Shown here piece after piece: positions 36,108-50,638 of a stretch of DNA of 64,000 nucleotides (position 1 is the first letter of the stretch; each line of letters begins with the position of its first letter). The DNA is from Cycas panzhihuaensis (Eukaryota; Plantae; Cycadophyta), in the NCBI GenBank assembly GCA_023213395.1, contig CM041465.1, positions 217,999,741 through 218,063,740 of the forward strand. Direction: 5' to 3'. The position numbers and the translations under genes are program-made. The notes below the pieces were generated by a model, which saw nothing but the letters and a program-made list of their open reading frames with translations, was not told where the DNA came from and did no database searches.

Positions 36108-39025
36108 TGGGTTAGAGTTCTATTATCACATTGCTTTTGCGATTATATTTTCTCTTCAATTTTAGATTATGCAAGATGAACATCCTAATAAGCTGAATAC
36201 TAGTCATCTAGTGTTAAGATATTTTATATGAGTGTTTGAGGATGTTAAGATAAGAGTAGATGTAAATACTTTCTTGAAGTACCCATGGATATAAAATTCA
36301 AGGCATATTTCAAAATTGCTTCTGTATTGCCCGCCTAAAAAAAAGAAAAAGGTGGTTAAATTAGGGACATTCTTAAAGATGTATATATCATTATATAAAG
36401 AATGATTGAAGATAGGGAAAATGAGGTAGTAAGATAAGTTAGGGAGAAACTTAACATAGAACTATATGAAAAATGATTTAATGATGAAACAAAGACATAT
36501 TCTCTAAATTGTATTAGTTCCATTGTAGAATTTCTAGATGATAATTTAAGATCTACATCCTATATTTGGCATTACAAAATGTAGGAATGATTATATTTTA
36601 AAGAAAGAGGTAACATTAGCAATTTGGTGCAATTATGAGCTCTTATTAATGTGGCATCAAAATATTTTATAGAACCATTCAAGTCAATGCATGGTAATTT
36701 AAAAGAACACGAAAGTGCCAATCTATATACCTCTAGCATTAGTAGATTTCTATCATTAACAATGATATCTTTGTAGTGTTGATCCTTTATACCATATAAA
36801 TTACAATAAATTTATGGTTTTTGGTTTGCAATAGGGAAATTAATTCCTAAAGATATGAGAATATTATATATATAAAGCATTGAAATCATGATTCTAAGGA
36901 AGTTTCTCTATAATAGAAGATGTTGTCTAAGAAAATGAAATTACATCTTTCAATCTACCCATAGGCAATATAATTTGGGCACCATCTTGGCATTTAAATA
37001 TTCCTATATTCACCTTAGAGCCACTTCCAAATATTTATACATTAATATTTGGGAACCCAATGGCATATTTAGGAGGATTATCTTTAGCTTGAAGGCATTT
37101 TAACAAGATTGAAAATGGATTAAGTTGATAATCTATATTTTCAATAATTTCTAGAAGTGTTATCTCTTTTAATACCCATGATTGTGATCATTGTCTTTTC
37201 CAATAAGGCTCTACACTAAATATATCTTTAACTTTATATTATATTAAGTACTTTATTGGAATTATTAAAGTATGTTCAAGACCTTATTATTAAATGTACT
37301 TCCTATATCATTCTATGCTAGGAAGGTAAATAACTTATAATGCTAAATGAATTATTTAGTGACCATAAGTAATAATGTAAGTTATCATTAGGATGTAAGT
37401 TTTGTACTTGATACTAAACGTAGTGATTGTAATGATGATGATCTATGAAGTAAGTGGGAAAATATCTTATTTCTCCATGCTTAAGAGGAATGCAATGAGA
37501 AATTGATGTAAGAAGGATGTTTTTATAAGGAATGAGATCCACGCATCAATTTAAGTTCACTTTTTCCTAGTCAAGATTATTTCTCTCTTACATGACCATT
37601 AAATAATATGCATGTTCTCTAATGGATAGATTAGACTTATATAGAGAAATTATATTTAGAATTTCATATTGACCAAGTTTGTCTTTTAAGTGAATAAGAT
37701 TAAAACAAATGAAGGTACCCCATCATTAATACTTACTAAAAATAGATCTTTTCTTGCTAGCAATTTGAATGTTGATGTCATTCCAACAAAATACACTTAT
37801 AGTTCAATAATTATTATAAGATAATGTGCTACAAGTTCTCTAAGTATGGAAATTATTATAACTTTGGGCTTTGTAACCAAAACATATACTTCAAGAGGAA
37901 TTTAATGTATTAGCTAGTAGATCTTAACCTAGAAAAACTATAGATATTAATTTTGTTAAAGCCCCTCATGGATAATATTTGCATTTTGATGATTAATCAT
38001 AAACATGAAGGTGAGAACTATCTTGATGTAAGAGCCTATATCTGGTAATTATTCTATTAGAAGATGACATAAAAGACATTGTTGTTCATTGTAGTATCTA
38101 CTATGATTTCAGCATGAAAATATGAGGAAATGAGTGAACCTTTTATTGAATATACTTGAGAAATTTTTGTAAATGGAGTGTGTAATTTTCACTACATTGT
38201 AGTTTAATATTAATCTGTTGTGTTTTCATAAGGAGGTTTCTTAAAGTAGTTGATAAAGCACCCACTATTAGCTAATAATCTTAATGATTAATAACATTTA
38301 TTCCTTAAGAATATATGCCTTACAAAGGAAGGAAATGATTAGAGCAACAAAGTCCCAAGGAGTTTCTAAATGGGAAACATATAATGATGAAGATTTTATA
38401 ACAAGGAGCAAGGGAAAGCAAAAACTAATTAGTCGATGTATAATATAGGATGTAATACAAGGTAATAGAGGAAAAATAATGAGTCCAATTTTAATATTTA
38501 TATTTGAGGATTATCTTACTTATTTGGACTAGTATTATATCTACATTTATCATAGTATTATATTTATTACAATGGATGACATACTTTAAACTTGTATTTA
38601 GGAAGTGTATGATTTAGTATATTTAATATATTTTTCTAGAAAATGGGCTAAGTTTGATGACTATAGCATGGGAAATAAGCTAACAATTATCTATCTCTCT
38701 ATTAGTGAAGGCATACTTATATTCATTACCTATTGAGGCAGTTGTGACTTCCCTTCAATTACACCTATAGAATCTTTGCATTTATGTCTATTATGTATTT
38801 TCTACTCTTGTAAGTTAGGTATAACTTGTGTTAGAAAACATCAAACATATAGACAAGATATAGAATCATTTATGCACATAATAAACATGAGATGAATAAG
38901 CATAAGGGATATATTTGACATGGGAAACCTTCGAGTAAAAATCCTCCATAGAATTACATTATTACACTTTTATAAATTTGTCATAAGATATGGACATTGG
39001 ATACTTATTTATAGATCCATAAGTG

Positions 39026-42000
39026 TGTTAGAATATAATGTCTAATCCTTTTGTATATTAATGACACGTATCAATAACATGTGTCAATATGTTATGTATC
39101 AATTACAAGGTAGTTCCAGAGGTTTACAAACCTTAATTATATATATATACTCTTATACTCTTAATAAGATCATCAAGTATTCTTCATTCACCATTGTAGC
39201 ATCAATCCTACATGGTATTAGATCCATTTTAGGTCTAGATCTTGTCTGAAGAAGTATTTTTATATGATTGTACGGATTGGTTTGTACACTCGTATGGTCA
39301 AAAATTCTTTTGTCTTAGGATTTGATGAAATTTCACCAGGAGGGGTGCCTCGATCTACTCTTCACTTCTCTCTAAAGGACCAAACTTAGATTTCATTGTT
39401 TTGATGTCCTAAAGATTACCTGAAGCCATACAGTCATCGTTGGATACTTTTACTTATTTCTCACCATATGAACATCTATATTGGGAAAACCTAGTATCAA
39501 TAGAAAGCCCTTGGCATAAGATTTCCATTGATATATGATTTGAAGGCCTTCTCCTTCAATTCTAGAAAAAATCAATAAAATCATGAAAAACCCTAGCCAC
39601 CCATCAGAATTTCGTTTGGCTTTTTCTCCTCACTTAGAGGTCCATTAAAAAAACTAATTGTAGATCGAGAATCTACACATCAAGGCTATTTTTTTGGCAC
39701 CTCTTTCAGATCATTTTAAGAAAATTAAAATTTTGACTCATTTATTGTACTATACCACCATTCGTATGCCTATCAACAATAGTTCTTTATCTCAGGAAAG
39801 CACTAAAAGACCTTCTTGTTGTATTTTCTTGTTTTAATTGAGTATTATAGTCTCTTTTATGTCTTAAAAAATATATATTAAAAAGGGAGATATATTTGTT
39901 GCACTTGCCTTCTTCTCCCATAGGTAGATAACACTACTTAGCAACTACCCATTTGTAGCCTTAAAGACCCTGTTTTAGGGCTCTATAAAATTTGCATTAG
40001 ATTTGTCATTCTTGGTTAAGTACATTGGGAGTTTAAACTATCATATGAAGTGAGGGGAACTAAAAGGACCCAATACCCAAGCCTTAGATAGAACTCGCTT
40101 ATAGATTTAGGCCTCCATGTACTAAAAGGTATATAGGAGGACCCTATAAGACCTTAAGCCCAACCTAGATTAGGGAGCCCGACTGACCACTGAAGCCTCG
40201 TAGTACAATGGTTAGTGGTTAGTGCCACAAAAATACATGTCTCAAATCTCCATTAGAGGTTTATTGATAGGCCAATGAGTTTAGGTAATCCCATGTCTAG
40301 ACTTTATAAAATTACTCACCTTCTTATGGCTTCCTCTTTTTAATTTTTTAAATTTAAAAAACTCACTTGTGATAACTATGAATCATGGAAGACCAAGATG
40401 AGATCCATACTAGTGGCTCAATGTACATGGGACTAGATGGTGAGTATCAAACTTGAGCTTGTAGATGCTACTAAAAAGAAGGTATGTATGGAACAAAAGA
40501 TTCTTGCACTTGCCTCCATAACTTTTTCAGTTGCAGACTCCATCCTACCTCACAAAGCTAGCATCACCACTCCTCATGAAGCTTGGACCACATTGAAGAC
40601 CTTGTATGCCTAGAAAAACACTACCCATGTCATGGTACTCAAGAGCCAAATGGATACCCTAAGGATGTCTAAATTGAAAGACTTCACCTCCTTTCTTAGA
40701 TGATTCAAGTTACTTCATGAAAACTTAGTGTCAGTTGGAGTGAGTTATTCAGATGGTGACCTCATTGATCTTATTATACACAAATTTCCTACCTAATTCT
40801 AGAACTTTATTATATCTTATAAGTTGATGATAAAAATTGCATAGACCTCATTCACTACTATTTGTGGTCAATTTCTACATCATGAGCAGGCTAAAACCAA
40901 CCTTAAAAATGAATTAGAAAATGCATTTTCATCTAGAGTGAGTATTCAAGGTAGGGGCACCACTAATAGAGGAGTTTTTTATGGATCAGATCGAGAGAGA
41001 AGATAACCCACAAACTATTCTCATGGTAGAGGATGATCTTCTCCTCACACTCACCCTATCTAGTACTTGGGAGGATGACTTGGTCATCAAATCATCTACT
41101 ATTATTGTGGAAAAGCTGGTCACTACACCACCGACTACTATCACTGTAAAGTTGACATAGAAAGGGGGATCATAGCTTTAAGTAGCTACTTAGGACAACT
41201 TGACAGAAAGGAGTCAATTGAAGAAGAAGAAGAAGAGACCGCATTTGTAATAGCTATTTCCTCAGTAGTAAAGAACAAAAATCATGATGATTGGTTTATA
41301 GACTTTGGAGCTTCTAGACACATGATCCATGAGTGAACTTGGTTCAACATCATAAACCCTTCTTAAAATTATGGCTCAATCGAACTTAGAGATGACACCA
41401 CCCATCCAATACAAGGACATAGAATAATTCTTATTACCTTGCCAGATGGAAACATTAAAAAAGTTGGTCGTGTGCTCGATGTACTAGGGATGATAAAAAA
41501 CCTACTATCTGTAACTTAGTTGACAAACAACAAGCTCCAAGTCCTATTTGATAGTGATAGATATGCCATTTTTTATAAATACAAATGGAACAAAGTAATT
41601 AGTGAGGGTATTAAAACCAATAGATTGTACAAATTTTTTGCCATACCATCTCACACTGCCCTTCATATAACTAAAAATATTGATAATAGAAAACTTTAGT
41701 ATTTGCACTAAGGTCATTTGTCTTATGATGCTTTATCCTTATTAAGTAAACATGATATAGTGTATGGATTAAGCAAACATGATATAGTGTATGGCCTTCC
41801 ATGGATAAAAAAATCGAGCTCTATTTGTAACATATGCATGATGGGTAAACAACATAAACTATAATTCTCTGCCAGCACTACTAGAGCACATTGCAAATTG
41901 TAACTAATTCACAGTGGTCTCTGTAGTCCATTCACTCCCCCATCCTTGTAAGGGGCATGCTATTATTTGACCTTTATAGATGATTGTACCAAAAATATCT

Positions 42001-44660
42001 GGATCTATTTTCTTAAATTAAAATCTGAAGTATTTGATACCTTTCTTAAATTCAAATCCAAAGTTAAAAAAGAAAGTTAATGCATCATCAAATGCTTGAG
42101 GATCGATCATGGTGGGGAATTCATCTCCAATGAATTCACATAATACTGTAAGAAAAATGTATACAAAGATAATTTACAACTCCCTACACTCCATAATCCA
42201 ATGGAATAGTTGAGAGGAAAAATAGGACCATAACAGAGATGACGCATTCCTTGCTAAAACAAAAAGGGGTAAGCAACAAATATTGGGATGAAGCAGTAAA
42301 TACAATGATATACCTTTTGAATAGAAGTCTAAATAAAGCTCTGGAGAACATAACTCCTAAAGAAGCATGGTCGGGTTAGAAACCAAATGTCTCAAACCTT
42401 TGAGTCTTTAGATTAACTATCTACATATACATTCCTACTAAAAAGAGATAAATTAGATGATAAAAGTAGGAGATACATTCTTGTGGGATACAATGAAATA
42501 TCCAAAGTATATTGATGTCTAGATCCTCTAACCAACAAGATCTATCCTAGTAGGGATATGCACTTTGACAAATCAACTTGATAGGAAAACTATACCTACT
42601 TAATCAATTGACATCATCATACTAAGTTGGACTCAATATCACTCTAAGATAGATCAAGGTGAACAACAAGGAATAAAAAGTACACTACCACTGGCTGTCA
42701 TTAGAAGTATCTCTGATGAAGGTACAAATCTAGGATCCCATTCATTTAAATAGAATGAGGCTATCAACAACTTAATTCAACCTCAAAATCCCTCATAAAA
42801 CAAGATGTCAAAATGGTACCTGAAAATAATAGAGGAATCCAAAGTAAATCTAGATCTCATTGAAGAAGGGAAAAGAATGAGAAGTCAAATGCATCACTGG
42901 CTTGCTGCTCAACATGATATATCATATCAACAAGCCCAAAATGATCTTCATTAGAAAGAAGTAATGAATGAAGAAATGGAATCAATCTATAGTAATAAAA
43001 CCTAGGAACTCACTACTCCTCCTCAAGGAAAACCCATTATTGGATGTAGATGATTGTATAAAATCAAAGAGAAATTTGATGGATCAATTGAGAAATACAA
43101 GGCCCAACTTGTTGCAAAAGGCTATTCTCAAACTCAAGGAATAGATTATGATGCAACATTTACTCTTATCAGTAAAATAACCACCCTTAGGATAGTAATT
43201 ACCTTAACTACATTAAAAAATTGGGCAATGTATTAAATGGATATCAAAGGATCCTTTCTTAATGGATACCTTCATAAGGAAGTATACATAGAACAACCAA
43301 CATGATACATCACACAAGGACATGAAAACCTTGTTTGCAAACTAAACAAGGCTCTTTATAAACTAAAACAAGCTCCTAGGGCTTGGTATACAAAGATGGA
43401 CTCCTACCTATAAAGTATTAGAATGAAGTGATCATAAGCTAACTCTGGCCTTTACATTCACATTAACAAGAATGACAAAGTCACCATCCTTGTACTATAT
43501 GTAGATGATATGATACTCACTGGGAGTAACACCAACTGTATCAACTCTTTATGACTTCAATTATCCAAAACCTTCAAAATGATAAATATGGGAGAAATCC
43601 ACTATAACCTAGGAATAGAAATTTATAAGTTGAAGGGTGGAATCTATTACATCAAAGTAAGTATATAACACACATATTAAAAGAATTTGGTATGATAAAC
43701 TACAAACCATCTCTCATGCCCATGTGCTCTAGAACCAAGCTCACTACTGATTCTGATGGGGAACTAATAAATGAAACTCATTACAAGAAATTAGTTGGAA
43801 ATCTTATATATCTCACTTCAACTAACTAAACATTACATTTGTAGTAGGGATAATTTCAAGATACATGTCTGCCCTGAAGGTATCACATTGTAAAGTAGCC
43901 AAGCATATTCTTCATTATCTACAAGTATTAAGGACATATGGTATATACTATAATAATCAAGGATCAAATATGTTAATTAGGTACATAGACTTAGACTGGG
44001 CAGGAGACATTGACAGTTGAAAATCCACCTCTAGATATTATTTTGACCTGGGAAATAGTATTGTATTTTAGAGAACCAAGAAACAATCCATTGTATCATT
44101 ATCTACATTTGAAGTAGAATACCAGGTAGCAATTCAATCCTCCTGTGAGGCTATTTGGCTAAGACGTCTTTTAGATGAACTACAGTTTTCTCAAAAAGTT
44201 ACAATTGCAACTAACTATGACAATTAAAGCACCATTTAAATGATAAAGAACTCAATTTTTCATGCCCAAATGAAACATATTAAAGTTCATCATCACTTCA
44301 TCTAAGAGAAAGTAGACAGAGGGGAAGTCAAATTATCTTATTGTCCAAGTTTAGAATAATTAGCTAACATCTTTAAAAAACCTCTTTCCAAAGATAAATT
44401 CATGTACCTTAGAGATAAGATTGGCATGAAGGAAAAGGATATGATATTAATAGAGGATGTTAGAATATAATGTCTAATCCTTTTGTATATTAATAATATG
44501 TGTCAATAACATGTGTCAATATACTATGTATCGATTACAAAGTAGTTCTAGAGGGTTACAAACCCTAATTGTATATATATATATATATATATATATACTC
44601 TTATACTCTTAATAATAGCATCAAGTATTCTTCATCTACCATTATAGAATCAATCCTACA
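39026..44660 (+). mobile_element. Full-length degenerate Ty1/Copia element D, inserted in the 3' LTR of E
   Basis: LTRs 39026-39212 and 44458-44660. TSD AAGTG/AAGTT, with the empty site GATCCATAAGTGCCTC seen in E's other LTR. PBS TGGTATTAGATCC. Confidence 0.94.
40326..44450 (+). pseudogene. gag-pol: Degenerate Copia gag-pol of element D
   Basis: KLTCDNYESWKTKM (gag), YCGKAGH (knuckle), WFIDFGASRHM (PR), LTFIDDCT (INT), KAQLVAKGYSQ and LYVDD (RT), DLDWAGD (RH). Confidence 0.93.
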
Positions 44661-46397
44661 AAGTTCCTCAAATATTTATAAAGTGATTACATCTGTTAGC
44701 CCAAACAGTATCATAATATTACATCATAAATTCATACAAAATATTACCTTATTTATATTAGTTAGGTAAGTGGATATAATGCCACTTTAAAATCCCTCCT
44801 TAATGTAAATGTGGCATCTTGAAGTCTACTTAAGGGTTGGATTCTCTCTTTATCCTTGTTGATATATCCCCCCTCAAGGATAATCTCACTAAATCCTAAA
44901 TTTACACGAACCTTGATGAAGTGATCTTCAATAAGAGCTTTGGTAAAAACATCCTTAAGTTGCTCTTCACTTGGACAGAGCTTAACTTGCATCTTCTTTT
45001 ATTTAATCTACTCTTGAATATAATGGTGCCTAAATCTCAATGTACTTTGTATGTGCGTGATTCTTTGGAAATTACTCCAATAGTCCTTACAACCATACAA
45101 CTGCTCTCACACCAATACTTAGTCCATAGTAGTTAGTCTTTTTCTTGACTAAACTAAGAGCTTGAGCCACTTGAGCCATGCATATCTCCTCTTTAAGTCT
45201 TTATTAAGTAATGTTAACTTTACATTTATTTGATGTGACTCCCAACTATATATAGCTATAAAAGTAAATGTCAATTAGATTGATGACATCTTGGAGACTA
45301 GTATAAATGTCTCCCTATAACTAATTCATTTTTTTTGTTTGAAATCTTGTGCATTAAGTCTTACCAACTTGTAACTGACTAGTTTCTTTAGGAGGTAAGG
45401 GAACTAAATCCCACATGTATCACTCCTCCATTATAGCTCTCCATTGTAAATCTCCTTTTACTATAATCATTGGTGTCCATCACAAGTTTGACTGGAATGT
45501 TGATCCCTGTTCTTCAAAATCCTTTAGATCTTCAACTATCACATTAGAGTCCTCAATGGTCCTCCTAGCCCATAATAAAATGCAGGCTGTAGTCCATGCC
45601 TTTCTTACAACAACTCCTTATTAATACTCCCACTAGGTATTACTTCTATCTTAAACATAATGCTAAGCTCATCAACCTCTACATGTATTAAACCATAGTT
45701 AGGAAAGGGAAAAATTAGAGGATAAAACCTATCTTTAGATGATACTTCAATATGATACATCATTAACTCATCTAATTTGACATCTAGACTAATCATAATG
45801 TTATTCTTCCAATGAATCACATAATTTATAAGCTTTGTTTTAATTACAAACCCCATATAAACATACTTCAAACACTTACAATCCAACTATTGTAATCTTC
45901 ATCTAAGATGTGTGTAATTAATACATCAAAATATATAATGGAAGGTTTTTTACTAGTCTAACATAATTTAGGGGTAATGCCATAAACAACCTTAGTAGGG
46001 GCCCTATTAAATAGCTATTGCAAGAGATTCTACCAAAAATACATAAGAGGTAAATTCTATCCATGCACCATGCACCTTCACATCTCCATCATGGTATGAT
46101 TATTTCATCTACAACACCATATTACGTGGGGTATGCAATACAATCAAATCCTGTTTAATACTATGACTAAGGTATAATTGAATTAAGGCATTCTCTTATA
46201 CACCTTTATATTATCACTTTCTTTTCAATATAGACACACTATCTTTCCATTCACAAAATCTACATTAGACTTATTCAAATATGTATAAATGTTGAACCAA
46301 CTTTTGATAGGCTATATACCCCATACTATTATCTATTTAACTACCCAATGTATAACGATCCACCAACATTGATAACCACTTATACAAATAGGCCAAT

Positions 46398-48583
46398 TAT
46401 TAGAATTAGTAATTTAACAAGCATATCAAACCCTAATAGTGAGCAACAAAAAGATAAAGTATGCACATAATAGACACCATGTTGGAGAATTGGCCAAAAC
46501 TCAATTATGAACAAATAAGAGTACATGCTTATAGTACAATCTCACCACTAGAGAAAGAACCCCATTGGACTACTTAGAGGTGGCACACATATCAAGGTGG
46601 CCCATAGCTTTAATACAATATACAAAAGATAGAGAGAGTTTACATAGGGCTAGTGGAATTGAGTATTACACCCAACATTCTCCCCTGTAATAGTCAATTA
46701 TATAAATGTCGTCACTTCAATGATAAGCTTAAGTCTCCAAAATACTGCTGGATCATAAACACTGCTACACTGAATAAGAAAGTTATTGAAGTCCATATGA
46801 AGAGGAGTCCATCTATCAGAATGCATGGGTTATCAGCCACTGTAACCGCCAGTTGGGTAGGAACTCCCTTTGTGTACATGGAGCAATCAGGAGCTGGTAA
46901 GAGTAGCTGTATAAGGTCCCACCCTTGCTCATATGGGAGTGTAAGTAGGAAAAAATATATATAAGAAACACATGGCACATAGCACATGGCAGGAGTCTCC
47001 AAAAGTCTGCTAGATTATAAATGCTGTTGGATGATAAACACTACTACATTGAATAAGAAAGCTGCTGAAGTCCATATGAAGTGGAGTCCATCTACCAGAA
47101 TGCATGAGTTATTAGCTTCTACAACTGCCAGTTGGGTAGAACTCCCTTTGTATACATGGATCAATCAGGAGCTGGTAAGAGTAGCTGTATAAGGTCCCAA
47201 CCCTTACTCATATAGGAGTGCAAGCAGGAAAAAATATATATAAAGCGCATGGCAGGTAAGAGTAGCTTCTAAAAGTATGTCCTACCTCTTGCTCAATAGG
47301 ACTAGCACTTCTTTGGCATCTAATGGCCGGAAATACAATGGCACTATGGCCTCAAACATGCCACATGGGCTAAAAAGATGCCTCATTGGGCTAACAACTT
47401 GCCACCATAGGCAAAAATAACCAGCATTAGAAATTTTTACATGATGCCTCATTGGGCTAACAACTTGCCACCATGGGCAAAAATAACCAGCATTAGAAAT
47501 TTTTACATGATGCCTCATTGGGCTAATAACTTGCCACCATGGGCAAAAATAACTAGCATTAGAAATTTTTACATGACTAAAAATGATATGTGACTTGTGT
47601 AGCACATGTAACTCTCTCTCATAAATGAAGTACAATATGATCATAATGGGTTCTTCAAGACCTAAAAAGAAGTCTATAGTACATGTCATCCCCCCTATTC
47701 GGGGTACATTATATCAAGAAGCCTTGAAAATGCAATATGTGCCTGAAGAAACTGAGAAAAAATGAAGATAAATAGGAATTTATGACTTTGAACTTAAAAA
47801 TCTCCATAAAAATAGCTCCAAAATATATCAAATGACCTGTCAAATGAAAGGTCTCTATGTTACGAATCCAACACAATAGACAAAACTGAAATTGGAGCTC
47901 CCAATCTCAAGATATAGTAAAAAATGTGACAGGTACTCCTTAGTAATGCTGAAAAAGGATGAAATCTAGATTAGCCCCCTTCATAAGTTGGCAGCAGGTC
48001 ATATAAGCCCACCATGTGACTGGGGCTAAAGTGATGAGGGGCTAGATGAACTTCCAAACACTATATAATATGGTTTAATCAAAATTTTAAAATAAAAAAA
48101 ATAAACCCTTTCTTAAAACAACTTCACGTCCGCTGCCAAATCAAAAGGATATTAAAAAAATTATTATCTTTAACCCTATTAGGGTTTTGCCCAAAAGAAT
48201 GAGCAAACAAGCCACCACCATTAATGTGCAGGTCGCCACCATGGATATTTGCAGGTCAACGATGGAGAAAAAGGTTGCTGCCATGCATAGAGGGATGATA
48301 CCATGTTAGGATTAGTAATTTAACAAGCATATCAAACCCTAATGGTAAGCAACAAAAAGATGAAGTATGCACAGAATAGACACCATGTTGGAGAATTGGC
48401 CAAAACTCAATTATGAACAAATAAGAGTACATACTTATAGTACAACCTCATCACTAGAGAAATAACCCCATTGGACTACTTAGAGGTGGCACACATATCA
48501 AGGTGGCCCACAACTCTAATACAATATACAAAAGATAGAGAGAGTTTACATAGGGCTAATGGAATTGAGTATTACACCCAACA
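46398..48583 (-). mobile_element. Non-autonomous TRIM-like LTR element (2186 bp)
   Basis: 280-bp LTRs at 46398-46677 and 48304-48583. TSD CCAAT on both sides. PPT (TTCTCCCCT on plus) 46678-46686; short PBS TGGTATCA. No recognisable pol. Confidence 0.93.
46732..47575. repeat. Internal tandem repeats of the TRIM: two ~260-280-bp copies (46732-47255) and three 66-bp copies (47378-47575)
   Basis: AGTCTCCAAAA...CATGGCAGG occurs twice; ATGCCTCATTGGGCTAA...AATTTTTACATG occurs three times with period 66. Confidence 0.92.
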
Positions 48584-49107
48584 CCAATAGATTATAATCC
48601 TAAATACTTCACCTCACACATCTAATATAAATATATTGATATGAATAAAAATACCACTATATACTAAATAAATCATATCTTTATAATAATCAATATAATG
48701 ATCACCACAATATCATTTGCTTGCCCTATTACATAGTATCTCTATAAAACACACCCTTCTATTAATTAGTGAAAACTACATTAGCATTGATATATCGCCC
48801 ATTAATCACCCCCAACATGCCCTCTTATCAATCAGTGAAAATCCACTAACATTGATAACACATGTAATAGTCAGCAATAGTGTCCAAACACTCACTTTTC
48901 CATTAAATTAAAAAATAATATCCATACCTCATATTGCATAAAAGAATATAGGCCCATCACTACCTTATATAATTATCTTAATGCACCCACTTGAATAAAA
49001 AACTATATCTCATCCAATGATGTTAAAAGGCATCTTAATATATTAAAGGCCATGCTACGAATGAAATAAAAAGGCCACTTAATATATTAATTTAACCTGG
49101 GGCAATC

Positions 49108-49679
49108 TGTTGAGAAGACAAGGTCCCAACCCTTAAACCACCACCAAGATTTAAACTATTCTTGCAACTAATTATAGAAATCAAAACTAAAAAATAATTA
49201 CATGCAAGTTCTTAAACTAGAGATAAAATAATAAAATGAACAAGAAAGCCAAGCATCATAAATACACCTGATATAACATGGTAAAACCCCAACAGTGTGC
49301 TAGGGAAACATCCACACAGGAAAGGTATCAATCTTTATTATTATAGAATGGAGAAAATGTACGTAATCCTATAGCAGAGTGCTCATAGCAACAACAACCA
49401 GCCACCCCACTCACACAGTATATTGAACACGATCAGCATAAATAAAAAATGCCCTAAATTAGGCTACATGAGAGGGTCATCTAAGGCACAAATCTCGACT
49501 GTAGAATCTAGGGTATTTTTAGTAAACGACCCTAATTCTCTTTACAATTTAATATACTTTTAGTGCTAAATTCCCCCCGCATCCCCTTGGAACCCCTTGA
49601 GGAAGGTTTGGGGGGGAAATCGTGCTGTCAACCTATTAAAAATTTAGCCTCCTAACCATTGTTGTCATATTACCCAACA
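49108..49679. mobile_element. Solo LTR (572 bp)
   Basis: TGTTGAG...CCCAACA flanked by perfect TSD CAATC (49103-49107 and 49680-49684). Confidence 0.88.
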
Positions 49680-50638
49680 CAATCAATAGATCAAAATGAC
49701 TATTCAAAATAATAAAGGCCACTAACCTTAATTGTAGAATAGCGATCTAATCAATGATGATATGAAAGGTAATTAAATTTCCTTTTAAAAATACATCAAA
49801 GTAACTTTAAATAACATATGTAACTTTGATTAATGATGATATAATATATTGACATGGTGATCAATGTATAAAGTAAATATAACTTTAGTATATGGTGATT
49901 ATTATATATGGCATGTGACTTTAATAATCAATAAAGGGTAATCGAACATTATTATGCAACACTGATAAACATCAATACACAAAGATGATATGATGATTAA
50001 AAATATATCACAATGATCAAAAATATCAAATGATGAAATCGATATATCATGGGCAATTTAACTATATGAAAATACCTTCAATTTATTGTAAATATATTCA
50101 CAATTATGTGTCTCAACCTCTCGTGAAAATATTATTCATGCAATTGCTTTTATTCAGCTATAAATATTATGGCACCTATAATGGTCCTTCACAATGAACT
50201 TATATGTACATAACTACAAAAATGGTAAACACTATATGCTATAATGTTTTAACAGGATTGGTTCATATCAATTCATATTGTTGTAACCTACATCCTCTCT
50301 ATGTCTAACTACGTTCAACATTCATGGCAAAGACTCTGTGCAAATGGGTGATTGTGTCTACATATCTGTGTGGTCACTTCCACTAACTTCTCTATGGTAG
50401 TTGTGACTTGTATGAACATCATTGTATTGATCTATAGTAATCTATAGCCACATCCATTTGCATCTTCCAGCACATGTGTGATTGTAAACCCTATTCTATA
50501 TATATGGATACTTATGAGTATCACTTCAATGCAATGCCTTTACATATTTAATTCTCATAACAAACCAATGTTTACAGCTATTCTCATAACAAACCAATGT
50601 TTACACCTATCTCTTTCAAAGTTTGATTGCCTACTACA

